DNA from: Patescibacteria group bacterium
GTDB lineage: Bacteria > Patescibacteriota > Microgenomatia > Levybacterales > UBA12049
Assembly (NCBI GenBank): GCA_038062115.1
Contig: JBBTXS010000004.1
Span: 5,009-69,008, forward strand
DNA: 64,000 nt
Direction of reading: 5' to 3'
A program made the translations under genes and the position numbers. Below the pieces are notes generated by a model. It was not told the DNA's origin. It searched no databases and was given only the letters and a program-made list of their open reading frames with translations. Shown piece by piece: positions 24,805-33,885 of this stretch (within the stretch, counting starts at the first letter, position 1; each line of letters starts with the position of its first letter).

Positions 24805-25350
24805 ATGAAAGTTAAAAATTTCAAATTGAAACCTATTCTGTGTTACCTTATTGCTACACTATACTTCATGTTTTTAACAACAGCAATATTTGCAGAATCA
24901 AGCTACGTTCTTCCTTATCCATCCGCAATGCAGGGAAGCAAGTTTTATACAATTAGCTTGATATGGGATGAAATTAGAAAATATTGGTATTTTGGTGATT
25001 TTGGGCAGTTTAAATATAATCTTGGTGAATCAGATAAGTATTTAGTTGAGGCCAAAACGCTTTTTGAATATAAGCAGTATTTTTTAGGACTTAATGCGCT
25101 TCGTAAGTCAAAAGACTATTATAATAAATCTCATCCATTTTTATTAAAAGCTCACTATAAAGGAAAAGATACGAGGAAGAATTTGATATTATTTGAATCT
25201 GCATCAGCAAAACATATAGAAATTCTACTAAAGATGAAGAGTGAGGTTCCAGAAGAATTTACTTGGGAGCCAGAAAAGTCACCTCCAACAAAGCTTTACT
25301 TACATAAAGAAATAGAAAACTCTATAAATGTTAGACAAAAAGAGGGATGA
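24805..25350 (+). CDS. Hypothetical exported/anchored protein (DUF5667-like N-terminal region)
   Basis: 181 aa. N-terminal hydrophobic helix, then SSYVLPYPSAMQGSKFY...GESDKYLVEAKTLF, reminiscent of small helical CPR exported proteins. ATGA coupling to the next gene. Confidence 0.4.
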   Translation: MKVKNFKLKPILCYLIATLYFMFLTTAIFAESSYVLPYPSAMQGSKFYTISLIWDEIRKYWYFGDFGQFKYNLGESDKYLVEAKTLFEYKQYFLGLNALRKSKDYYNKSHPFLLKAHYKGKDTRKNLILFESASAKHIEILLKMKSEVPEEFTWEPEKSPPTKLYLHKEIENSINVRQKEG

Positions 25351-26462
25351 AAAAAATTTTATATATTAGTTATTTTGTTTTTTTATGTTTTGTTTGTTTT
25401 TTCTCCTATTTATTTGTTGATAGAAATTTAAAATTTATCAGTTTATTCTTCTCTGGGTTTAGTTCCAGCAACAGGTTTTCTACCTCCATAATTTATACAG
25501 GTATTGTAATAATTTTTTTTCTATTTTACTTGCTTTTCATAAGATTTTTTTCCAAAAATAAGCTTGATGGCAAGGATATCAAAACACTCATTGTACTTAC
25601 CTGCGTTGTATTATTTTTTTCTTATCCTGCCATGTTATCCTATGATATTTTTAATTACATTCTTACTGCAAAAGTAACCTTTTTTTACCAGGAAAACCCA
25701 TATATAGTAATGCCAAATGAATTTGTAAACGATCCATTTTTGGCATTTACAAGAGCAACTAATAAAATTGCCCTGTATGGTCCGGTATGGCTTATTTTAA
25801 GCGGTTTTCCTCACTTTTTAGGTTTTGGAAACTTTGTCCTGACGCTTTTTGGCTTTAAACTTGTTGCTCTCGTATTTTATTTATTATTTTTATTAATTTT
25901 AAAAAAAATTTCTGGAAATGATAAAGCTGTTTTATTGTTTGGGCTAAACCCTTTGGTAATTTTAGAGACATTGGTAGGAGCGCATAATGATATTGTAATG
26001 ATTTTTTTGGTTTTATTTGCGATGTATCTTGCAAAAGCAAAAAAATTGTTTTATATGATCACATTTTTTGTTCTTTCGTTCTTGATAAAGTACTCAACTA
26101 TAGCTCTTCTTCCAATTTTTATTTTTATTTTTATAAAAATAGTTAGAAAAGAACAACTAAATTGGTCAAAAATTTATCTCGTAAGCTTAATCTTGATGTT
26201 TCTGATTTTTTTACTCTCTCCAATAAGAGAAGAAATGTATCCTTGGTATGCAATATGGTTTTTGCCATTTGTAGTATTGCAGTACAAAAATAAAATTTTT
26301 AAATATTTGTCAATATCTTTATGTTTTGGTTTGCTTCTAAGGTATATTCCATTTATTTATTTGGGGACATATCTCGAACCTACTCCAACTATTAGGCAAA
26401 TAGTGACTTTTGTTCCAACTGCTTTATTTTCTTTATTTTATGTTATTAAAAAGAAGATTTGA
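25347..26462 (+). CDS. Polytopic membrane protein, GT87/DUF2029-like mannosyltransferase candidate
   Basis: 371 aa. SYDIFNYILTAKVTFFYQENPY...ALYGPVW...GLNPLVILETLVGAHNDIVMIFL resembles the DUF2029/GT87 pattern (NP...HND). Confidence 0.55.
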   Translation: MKKILYISYFVFLCFVCFFSYLFVDRNLKFISLFFSGFSSSNRFSTSIIYTGIVIIFFLFYLLFIRFFSKNKLDGKDIKTLIVLTCVVLFFSYPAMLSYDIFNYILTAKVTFFYQENPYIVMPNEFVNDPFLAFTRATNKIALYGPVWLILSGFPHFLGFGNFVLTLFGFKLVALVFYLLFLLILKKISGNDKAVLLFGLNPLVILETLVGAHNDIVMIFLVLFAMYLAKAKKLFYMITFFVLSFLIKYSTIALLPIFIFIFIKIVRKEQLNWSKIYLVSLILMFLIFLLSPIREEMYPWYAIWFLPFVVLQYKNKIFKYLSISLCFGLLLRYIPFIYLGTYLEPTPTIRQIVTFVPTALFSLFYVIKKKI

Positions 26463-28041
26463 CATTTTTATCATTATATTGTTTTTTCTTTTTTCTTGGT
26501 GGTTAATGGATAAGTCTTTTCGATACGATAATATTAGCCATCAGTTCTTAATTGCCAGGCATCAGATTGGAGATTTTGGACTCCACTTGTCGCTTGTTCG
26601 TTCTTTTTCGTGGGGCGATAATTTTCCAGTAGAGTCTCCATTTTTTCCGGGCACACCGCTTGCGTATCATTATTATTTCGATTTGCTGGTCGGGTTATTG
26701 GAGAAGGTGGGTGTTCGCATAGACGTTGCATTTAATGGCTTAAGCATTTTGTTTTTTTCATTATTATTATATGTCATATATAGGTTACCTCAGATAATCT
26801 TTAAAAAAAGTAAGCTTTTAGGCATGTTATCTGTTATCTTATTCGTATTTCATAGCAATCTTACTTTCATTGATTTTTTAAAGGAGAAGGGATTATCTCT
26901 TTATGCTATTTCTGATCTTTGGCGTCTTCCTGACTACATAAACAAAGGCCCGTTTGACGGGTCGTTAATATCAATTTTTTTTACTATGAATGTTTATCTT
27001 AATCAGCGGCATTTAATTGCTGCTTTAGCGATAAGCTTAATAGCGTTTCTTATTTTGATACCTATGGTTACAAAACATCATAAGAGTCCATACAGAATTA
27101 TTATATTCTTAGGTTTGATTTTAGGCTTAGTATCCCGCGTACATACTCTAGTATTTTTTTCTGCGGCAATTAGCATACTGATCTTTCTTATTGTATTTAG
27201 ACGTTTTCGCTTTATTTTCTTATTCTTTGTTCCATTAACAGTTGTTTTTTTCTTTCATGCAAAAGATATCCTTACGCAAGATCTTAACCATGCATTATTT
27301 AATATTGGATTTTTATCTGAAAAACCTTTTTCTATTTTGAATTTCGCTTCTTTTTGGTTTGCAAATTTAGGACTGGCAATTTTTATGGCGCCTGTTGGAT
27401 TTTTTCTATCCAATAATAAACAGAAGAAAATTTTCTTATGTTTTTTCTCTCTTTTTATCCTAGCCAACATTCTCCAATTTAGTTATAGAATAGACCACAA
27501 TCACTCAATGCTTAATTTATTTATTATAATTGCTAATTTCTACATAGCTAATACTTTGCTAATGCTATGGAAAGGGAAAATAAAAAAGATTATTTTCTTC
27601 TTTTTGCTTTTTCTGTTAACTTTTTCAGGAATCATAGATCTTATGGCAGTTAAAAATGATTTTCATTATCCGCTTCTTGATGCTCCTTCCAATAAGTTTA
27701 TGCAGTGGGTTAAAAATAATACAAAAAAAAAGGATATTTTTTTAGCAAAACAGGAGATTCTTGATCCAATAACATTATCGGGAAGATATAATTACTTAGG
27801 CCACGATTACTATCTTTCTGTAATGGGATACGATACAACACAGAGGAAATTCCTTGCGAAAACATTTTTTGAGGCAGATAGTCTTGAAATAATAGATGAA
27901 ATGAAAAAAGATAATATTAAATATATTGTAATACCTCAAAAGCCCATTGCTGATTTTGCCTATAAGACAAATAAGGTTTTTTTGGATAGAAGTTTAAAAA
28001 AAGCGTATAAAGATGAAAATGTGATTGTCTATCAATTATGA
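26440..28041 (+). CDS. Polytopic membrane protein, FPPxNP family (paralog of 3996-5981)
   Basis: The start is ambiguous (ATG 26410 or 26440, both overlapping the upstream gene). Carries HLSLVRSFSWGDNFPVESPFFPGTPLAYHYYFDLL. Confidence 0.55.
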   Translation: MLLKRRFDIFIIILFFLFSWWLMDKSFRYDNISHQFLIARHQIGDFGLHLSLVRSFSWGDNFPVESPFFPGTPLAYHYYFDLLVGLLEKVGVRIDVAFNGLSILFFSLLLYVIYRLPQIIFKKSKLLGMLSVILFVFHSNLTFIDFLKEKGLSLYAISDLWRLPDYINKGPFDGSLISIFFTMNVYLNQRHLIAALAISLIAFLILIPMVTKHHKSPYRIIIFLGLILGLVSRVHTLVFFSAAISILIFLIVFRRFRFIFLFFVPLTVVFFFHAKDILTQDLNHALFNIGFLSEKPFSILNFASFWFANLGLAIFMAPVGFFLSNNKQKKIFLCFFSLFILANILQFSYRIDHNHSMLNLFIIIANFYIANTLLMLWKGKIKKIIFFFLLFLLTFSGIIDLMAVKNDFHYPLLDAPSNKFMQWVKNNTKKKDIFLAKQEILDPITLSGRYNYLGHDYYLSVMGYDTTQRKFLAKTFFEADSLEIIDEMKKDNIKYIVIPQKPIADFAYKTNKVFLDRSLKKAYKDENVIVYQL

Positions 28042-29285
28042 AACGTTTTTTGCCTCCTGTTATTATTTTTTTTATTGCATTTTTTGTTTATTTTGCAGTA
28101 GGAACACAATACAGGTTCAATCCCAAATGGACACTGGATTATCACAATTTATTGACGCAATCACTTATCAATTTTCGACTGGATATACCAAATCCTCCAA
28201 CAACATACGATCTTGCTTACTTTGGTGGAAAGTGGTATACGACATGGGGTATCATTCCTGCCTTAATCCTCATTCCATTACAGTATATTAGAGGACAATT
28301 TACTCCAACGTTTTACCTTTCTATCTTTTTTTCTAGCATGAACATCGTGCTTATGTATTTCCTATTGCTTCGTATTAAGCGAGAGTTCTTGCCACAAATG
28401 TCTTCTTTTAGGATATTCATTTTTCTTCTCCTTTTTGCATTTGGAACAACGCAGTTCTACGTTGGTACGCTAGGGAGTGTGTGGCATGTTGATCAGATAA
28501 CAACATCGTTTTTGGGAATGGTAGGTATTTACATTGTTTTTCGAAAGAAGCGAAGATTTATCCATTACCTAACTTCGATAATATTTTTTAGCGCAACACT
28601 TCTGGGAAGACCAACAAACGTACTTTTATGTCTTTTACCCATAACGCTTTATGTATGCGATCCTTCGGTAAGAACTATGCTTACTTTTGCAACTAAGACG
28701 AGAGCGGTTTTTGCAAGGCAGGTAATCCTTTTATGCCTGCCATTTTTCATTTTTTTATCTATGTTTTTCCTTTTCAATTACGTCAGATTTAACAACCCAC
28801 TTGAGTATGGATTTAATTACATTCATGAAACCGAGCATCTACAGCAGTTACGAGAAAAAAATGGACCGTTTTCGATTAGAAATGTTCCGCAAAATCTTTG
28901 GTATATGCTGCTTGAAATACCAAGCTTAAGCTTCGAAGAAAATATTGATCTTAATTTTAATCTTAAAGGTAATTCCATATTTTTCTTAACTCCGCCGCTT
29001 CTTGCTATATTTTTGGCGTCTCCAGTTATGAAAAGAGGAAAAAGAATCGTGTTTCATCCATACATAAGTTCTTTATGGATTACCTCAATTATTACAATTA
29101 TCCCAAGCTTGATGCATCACAGCAGTGGTTGGATGCAGTTTGGATACAGATACGCATTAGACGTTAACGTGCTATTAATGGTTCTTTCTGTTTTCGGGAT
29201 GAATGGCAAAGTAAATATTCTATATATTGCTGGTACCTTGTTTGCTATAGTGCTTTACATGGTAGGAATCACAAAATTGATGTAG
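28038..29285 (+). CDS. Polytopic membrane protein, GT-C-like (ArnT/PMT_2-like candidate)
   Basis: 415 aa with about 10 hydrophobic segments. First-loop DLAYFGGKWYTTWGIIPALILIPL resembles the D.(S/A)YY.GK.Y.Y.GP.P pattern of ArnT-like proteins. ATGA overlap at 28038-28041. Confidence 0.5.
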   Translation: MKRFLPPVIIFFIAFFVYFAVGTQYRFNPKWTLDYHNLLTQSLINFRLDIPNPPTTYDLAYFGGKWYTTWGIIPALILIPLQYIRGQFTPTFYLSIFFSSMNIVLMYFLLLRIKREFLPQMSSFRIFIFLLLFAFGTTQFYVGTLGSVWHVDQITTSFLGMVGIYIVFRKKRRFIHYLTSIIFFSATLLGRPTNVLLCLLPITLYVCDPSVRTMLTFATKTRAVFARQVILLCLPFFIFLSMFFLFNYVRFNNPLEYGFNYIHETEHLQQLREKNGPFSIRNVPQNLWYMLLEIPSLSFEENIDLNFNLKGNSIFFLTPPLLAIFLASPVMKRGKRIVFHPYISSLWITSIITIIPSLMHHSSGWMQFGYRYALDVNVLLMVLSVFGMNGKVNILYIAGTLFAIVLYMVGITKLM

Positions 29286-29289
29286 TAAT

Positions 29290-31032
29290 ATGAAAGGTAG
29301 ATTATATTCGTTCTTAGCAGTTGTCACAATTCTATTTTTTGCGTTTTTAGCAGGTTTTGCTCTTTTGCATCCTGGGCTGCCGCCTACTCATGATGGCGAG
29401 TATCATGTTATTAGGTTTTATGAATTTGACAAGACATTAAGAGATGATGATTGGTACCCTCGTTGGGCTCCAGACTTAAATAACGGTTTTGGGATTCCAC
29501 TTTTTAACTATGTCTATCCCTTGCCAAACTATTTTTCCTTCATATTGCATCTATTTGGAGTAAGTTTTATTGATGCTTTTAAGCTTAATATGTTTTTTGC
29601 CACAATAATTGGTTCAGCATTTTTTTATTTATGGGCAAGAGAGTTTTGGGGAACAATGGGCGGCGTTGTTTCTTCGGTTTTCTATACCTTTTCTCCATAT
29701 CATTTCGTAGAAATTTATATTAGGGGTTCTGTTGGAGAGGTGTGGGCATTAGCTTTTTTCCCTGCGTTTTTGTGGGCATTTACAAGATTTGTTAAAAATA
29801 AACAAAAAATATTTTTGGCATTTTCTTCTTTATTTTTGGCATTAATTATATTTTCTCACAATATTCTAGCCTTAATGTTTTTCTTTTTCGCTTTATCTTA
29901 CATTGTTTTTTTAATTGCTCAAGTAACGAATAAGAAATACTTAATACTTAATACTTTACACTTAATACTTATTAGTCTTGGCTTATCTTCTATATTTTGG
30001 TTACCTGCAATACTGGAGAGTAACCTTGTAAAAGGACTTGAGATTTTTGATTTAACCGCTCATTTTCCAGATTTATATCAATTGTTAATTCCTTCTTGGG
30101 GATCGGGATTTTCAGGCGAAAGCTTAAACAATCAACTTTCATTTCAAATAGGAATTGCGAATTTATTGGCAGTATTATTAAGTATATTGTTGGTTACTTT
30201 TAAAATATGTAATTTTCGCATTTTTCGTCATTCTGGGGAGCGTAGCGACTCCAGAATCAAAAACAGATTCTGGACAAGACGGGTACCAGACGGTAACCCG
30301 TCAAGCCAGAATGACGGTAAGGCGAGCGCCGTTATTTTCTTTCTGGTTTTCTTTTTCTTTACTTTCTTTTTGATGCTCAAAGCATCTCAACCCATCTGGA
30401 ATAATGCTCCACTAATGAATTACTTTCAATTCCCATGGCGTTTTTTAAGCCTTGAAATTATATTTTCCTCATTTTTGGCTGGAAGCATTATATATTTTTG
30501 TAAATCTAAGATTCTCGCAATTTTCTTGATACTTCTTACTTTTTCTTTAGGGATAGGATACACAAAACCAGCTTATTATCATTACAGAGATGATAATTAT
30601 TATCTCACCCGGTCAAATTTTATCGATGGAACAAATAGCCCTGGTAATGTTTTTAATACAATCTTTTTTAAAACAGATCTAAAAAAACAAAAAGAAAAAT
30701 TATTTTTTTTAGAGGGTAGTGGAAAAATTAATCAAGAGATAGTTAAAAGCACGCGGTATGCTTTTGATATAAAAGCAGAGAAGGATTCAGAAATAAGAGT
30801 AAATACAGCTTATTTTCCGGGATGGGTTATTAAATTAGATGGCAAAAGAATAAAACCTAAAATAGCGAGTAGTGGACTATTTTCATTTAGTATTCCAGAA
30901 GGCCAACACCTTGTTGAGATCAAGTTTACGGATACTCCTGCAAGGATTATAGGAGCATTTGGCTTTATTTTATCATCGTTTATTCTTATTGCTTTGTCTA
31001 TTAGGGTTGTGTTTGCTACAATTAGAAGATGA
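29290..31032 (+). CDS. Polytopic membrane protein, THDG family (PTPS-related-domain / YfhO-like GT-C candidate), paralog 2
   Basis: 580 aa. HPGLPPTHDGEYHVIRF...PRWAPDLNNGFGIPLFNYVYPLPNY, QFPWRFLSL and C-terminal YFPGWVIKLDGKRIKP...QHLVEIKF are colinear with 17905-19578. Confidence 0.55.
   Translation: MKGRLYSFLAVVTILFFAFLAGFALLHPGLPPTHDGEYHVIRFYEFDKTLRDDDWYPRWAPDLNNGFGIPLFNYVYPLPNYFSFILHLFGVSFIDAFKLNMFFATIIGSAFFYLWAREFWGTMGGVVSSVFYTFSPYHFVEIYIRGSVGEVWALAFFPAFLWAFTRFVKNKQKIFLAFSSLFLALIIFSHNILALMFFFFALSYIVFLIAQVTNKKYLILNTLHLILISLGLSSIFWLPAILESNLVKGLEIFDLTAHFPDLYQLLIPSWGSGFSGESLNNQLSFQIGIANLLAVLLSILLVTFKICNFRIFRHSGERSDSRIKNRFWTRRVPDGNPSSQNDGKASAVIFFLVFFFFTFFLMLKASQPIWNNAPLMNYFQFPWRFLSLEIIFSSFLAGSIIYFCKSKILAIFLILLTFSLGIGYTKPAYYHYRDDNYYLTRSNFIDGTNSPGNVFNTIFFKTDLKKQKEKLFFLEGSGKINQEIVKSTRYAFDIKAEKDSEIRVNTAYFPGWVIKLDGKRIKPKIASSGLFSFSIPEGQHLVEIKFTDTPARIIGAFGFILSSFILIALSIRVVFATIRR
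29936..29970 (+). repeat. Heptanucleotide repeat block (AATACTT)x3 + TACACTT + AATACTT inside CDS
   Basis: Read directly; translated KYLILNTLHLIL. Same architecture and codon phase as 18557-18591. Confidence 0.9.
30226..30327 (+). mobile_element. MITE-family element embedded in-frame in the THDG-family CDS (about 102 nt, 34 codons)
   Basis: Perfect 11-bp IR cgtcattctgg (30226-30236) / ccagaatgacg (30306-30316). Inner palindrome acgggtaccagacggtaacccgt is bracketed by caag...caag. Tail gtaaggcgagc is shared with 24654-24797. Translated FRHSGERSDSRIKNRFWTRRVPDGNPSSQNDGKAS. The paralog 17905-19578 has no counterpart (YKNKNKLW). Confidence 0.8.
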
Positions 31033-32093
31033 CTATAGCAATAGATATATCCCCATTAGAAGGTGGCCGTTTTCTCAAACATAGAGTGCGCGGAACCGGC
31101 TTTTACATAGAAAATTTGAAAAGCTCATTGCTAAAGTATTTTCCAGAAAATAAGTACATTTTTTTTACCCGAGGAGAAAAATTACCCAATAATATAGATT
31201 TAGTTCATTATCCTTACTTCGAACCATTTTTTTTATCTCTTCCTATTTTTAGTAAATGTAAAACAATCGTTACAATTCACGATCTAACTCCTCTTGTTTT
31301 CCCCAAAAAATTCCCCCCGGGAATAAGAGGGGCAATAAAGTGGCAGATTCAGAAACTTGCTTTAAGAAGGACAAGTCACATAATTACGGATTCCGAATCT
31401 TCGAAAAGTGATATTATCAAATTCACAGGCATTTTCAGAGATAATATTAGCGTTGTATTCCTTGCGGCATCGGAAATATTTAGGCCGGAGGCAAATACTC
31501 TATTACTGCGCCGTATGAGAGTAAAATATAAGCTTCCAGAAAAGTTTGTTTTGTATGTTGGGGACGTAACGTGGAATAAAAATTTACCAAGACTTATTAA
31601 AGCAGTTCAGAAGATAGACACTTCACTAGTGATGGTAGGCCAAGCATTATTCGAGAAAGACTTTGACAAAACAAATCCTTGGAATCAGGATTTAGTAGAG
31701 GTACAAAAACTCGCAGAATCTGATAAAAAAATTATTCGTTTAGGTTTTGTTCCGCAAGAGGATTTAGTTATGTTATATAACGCAGCAACGGTTTTTGCCA
31801 TGCCAAGTATTTATGAAGGATTTGGATTACCTGTTTTAGAGGCTATGGCTTGCGGATGTCCAGTAGTAACATCAAAAGAGGGCTCTCTTAAAGAAGTAGC
31901 AGGAGACGCAGCTTACTTTGTGGATGCTTATAGTATAGATAGTATTGCCGATGGAATTGGAGAAGTATTTTTTAGTTCAAAAGTTCAAAAAGATCTATCC
32001 GAGAATAGTTTGGTTCAAGCGAGAAAATTTGGCTGGAAAAAAACTGCAGAAAAAACGATTGAATCTTATAAGGGAGCAGTTAAACGACATTAA
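31029..32093 (+). CDS. GT4 (GT-B fold) glycosyltransferase
   Basis: 354 aa. EGFGLPVLEAMACGCPVVTSKEGSLKEV is the classic GT4 E-x7-E region. ATGA overlap with the upstream gene. Confidence 0.8.
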   Translation: MTIAIDISPLEGGRFLKHRVRGTGFYIENLKSSLLKYFPENKYIFFTRGEKLPNNIDLVHYPYFEPFFLSLPIFSKCKTIVTIHDLTPLVFPKKFPPGIRGAIKWQIQKLALRRTSHIITDSESSKSDIIKFTGIFRDNISVVFLAASEIFRPEANTLLLRRMRVKYKLPEKFVLYVGDVTWNKNLPRLIKAVQKIDTSLVMVGQALFEKDFDKTNPWNQDLVEVQKLAESDKKIIRLGFVPQEDLVMLYNAATVFAMPSIYEGFGLPVLEAMACGCPVVTSKEGSLKEVAGDAAYFVDAYSIDSIADGIGEVFFSSKVQKDLSENSLVQARKFGWKKTAEKTIESYKGAVKRH

Positions 32094-32147
32094 AAATATA
32101 GGTTTATTAAAATTATTCTTCGTACCTTATAGCGATTGTAGATCTTA

Positions 32148-32176
32148 TTGACAAGTGGACAAATACTGCCTAGAAT
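32148..32176 (+). promoter_or_regulatory. Sigma70-type promoter TTGACA-17 nt-TAGAAT
   Basis: ttgaca (32148-32153), a 17-nt spacer, then tagaat (32171-32176), in the 83-bp gap after the GT4 gene. ATG codons at 32177 and 32183 follow immediately. Confidence 0.5.
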
Positions 32177-32737
32177 ATGCTTATGGTAAAAGATCTTTCA
32201 TCCAATGATGTTGCTCCAAAAATCAAAGACAAAGTTTACTCCATGGATTACAAAACAAAGAACCAGATCGATGGAGTAAAGATACTTACATTAAAAACGT
32301 TTATTTCCGAAGAGGGAGATTTTGGCGAAATAATTAGGCTTAATTACAGGGGTGAATTTGAGGATATTCCTAATTTTTCAGTTGCTCAAGTAAACAGAAC
32401 CACGCTTCTTCCAGGATCTATAAAAGCATGGCATTTGCATTTCAGACAAGACGAGATGTGGTTTGTAATTCCATCCGGGCAAGTTCTGGTCGGATTGTGG
32501 GATGTTCGCAAAAATTCTCGAACTACTGACGCAATAATGAGGGTTGTGTTGGGAGGAGGACACTCGAAACTTCTTTTCATACCAAAAGGGGTAGCGCATG
32601 GTTCTCTGAATATCTCTTCCCAATCTACTGAACTATTCTATTTTGTAAACAAGCATTTTGATGCTAATGATTCAGATGAAAAAAGAATTCCATGGGATGC
32701 TAAAGGCAAAGAATTTTGGAAACCACAGGGTGACTAA
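32177..32737 (+). CDS. RmlC-like cupin (sugar-nucleotide 3,5-epimerase/ketoisomerase family)
   Basis: 186 aa (or 184 from ATG 32183). QVNRTTLLPGSIKAWHLHFRQDEMWFVIPSGQVLVGLWDVRKNSRT...LFIPKGVAHGSLN follows the RmlC pattern (N.S...G..RG.H.Q..Q.K...V..G...DV.VD.R..S.T...IP.G.AHG). Confidence 0.65.
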   Translation: MLMVKDLSSNDVAPKIKDKVYSMDYKTKNQIDGVKILTLKTFISEEGDFGEIIRLNYRGEFEDIPNFSVAQVNRTTLLPGSIKAWHLHFRQDEMWFVIPSGQVLVGLWDVRKNSRTTDAIMRVVLGGGHSKLLFIPKGVAHGSLNISSQSTELFYFVNKHFDANDSDEKRIPWDAKGKEFWKPQGD

Positions 32738-33885
32738 TGTTTAAAAAACGTTCTCTCAACTTCTTTTTTAATCACGCAAAACTTGCTGGAAACAAACATA
32801 AGGCAAGAAGAATTAGACTATTTTCGCGAATATTAAAAACTGGTGTTTTCTTTTCGGGCCACCAAACAGATAGGCTTATAAAGAACCTTCATTTCTATCT
32901 TCGTGAAGATGGTTTTATTACCACAGTTGCATCCGGTCACGATGCTATTTTATTATCACTTCAGGCTCTTGGTATAAAACCAAATAGTGAGGTTATATTT
33001 CCAGTTAATTCTTATCCAACTGCATTTCCAATTACGTTATCGGGCGCAAAAGCAATTCCTGTTGATGTAGATAAGAATGGTCAAATGGATATTACTGCTA
33101 TGAAAAAAAAGATTACAGAGAATACTAGAGCTGTTGTATTGGTACATTTATATGGAAATACAACAGACATAGAAGCTGTTACGTCTTACTTATCTAATAA
33201 AAATATCTTTTTTATAGAAGACGTAGCGCAGGCTTTTGGAACGCGCTTTAAGGGAAAACATGTTGGTACCTTTGGCGATATTTCTTGTTTTTCATTTTAT
33301 CCTACAAAAAATTTAGGAACAGTTGGTGATGGAGGAGCAATATGGACAAAACATAAATATCTATATGACTATATAGTAAAAGCAAAATCTTATGGAGAAG
33401 GGGTGCGCTATTTTAGTGAATTTATAGCTGGACATAGCAGAATGCCTGAACTGCAAGCTGGAATACTTAATTTATATTTTTCAAGTATTGAAAAGGATTT
33501 TGCAAGAAGAAAAAACGTACGATCTTATTATTTACAAGGAGTAAATGATGTTAATCTATCATCAGTTGCGAGACCTCTTGGGTCTAATGCAAATTCTGAT
33601 CCTGTTCCACACCTTTTTGTTTTGGACGTTCCAAACAGAGATTCTTTAAGAAAGTTTCTAAAAAAATATGGTGTTGAATCCCATATTCATTATCCTACAC
33701 CTATTCATCTTGTTCCAGCATTTTCTTTTTTAGGGTATAAAAAAGGAGACTTTCCTGTTGCTGAAAAATTGTCTGAGCGGATTCTCTCTTTACCTTTTCA
33801 TCAGGGCCTTTCACACAAGGCGATTGACTATATACTTTCTGCTGTTCGCGAATTTTACCGCTTACATACAAGAAGGATTAAATGA
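32737..33885 (+). CDS. DegT/DnrJ/EryC1/StrS-family PLP-dependent sugar aminotransferase
   Basis: 382 aa. DISCFSFYPTKNLGTVGDGGAI contains the Schiff-base lysine context. TAATG junction with the upstream cupin. Confidence 0.8.
   Translation: MFKKRSLNFFFNHAKLAGNKHKARRIRLFSRILKTGVFFSGHQTDRLIKNLHFYLREDGFITTVASGHDAILLSLQALGIKPNSEVIFPVNSYPTAFPITLSGAKAIPVDVDKNGQMDITAMKKKITENTRAVVLVHLYGNTTDIEAVTSYLSNKNIFFIEDVAQAFGTRFKGKHVGTFGDISCFSFYPTKNLGTVGDGGAIWTKHKYLYDYIVKAKSYGEGVRYFSEFIAGHSRMPELQAGILNLYFSSIEKDFARRKNVRSYYLQGVNDVNLSSVARPLGSNANSDPVPHLFVLDVPNRDSLRKFLKKYGVESHIHYPTPIHLVPAFSFLGYKKGDFPVAEKLSERILSLPFHQGLSHKAIDYILSAVREFYRLHTRRIK

Noticed and set aside
1888-29970. Heptamer arrays considered as a CRISPR array or as a sequencing or adapter artefact.
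   Set aside because: The units are 7 nt and contiguous with no spacers, and no cas genes are present. The arrays are embedded in-frame in otherwise intact, motif-bearing ORFs at paralogous positions, which argues against assembly artefacts.
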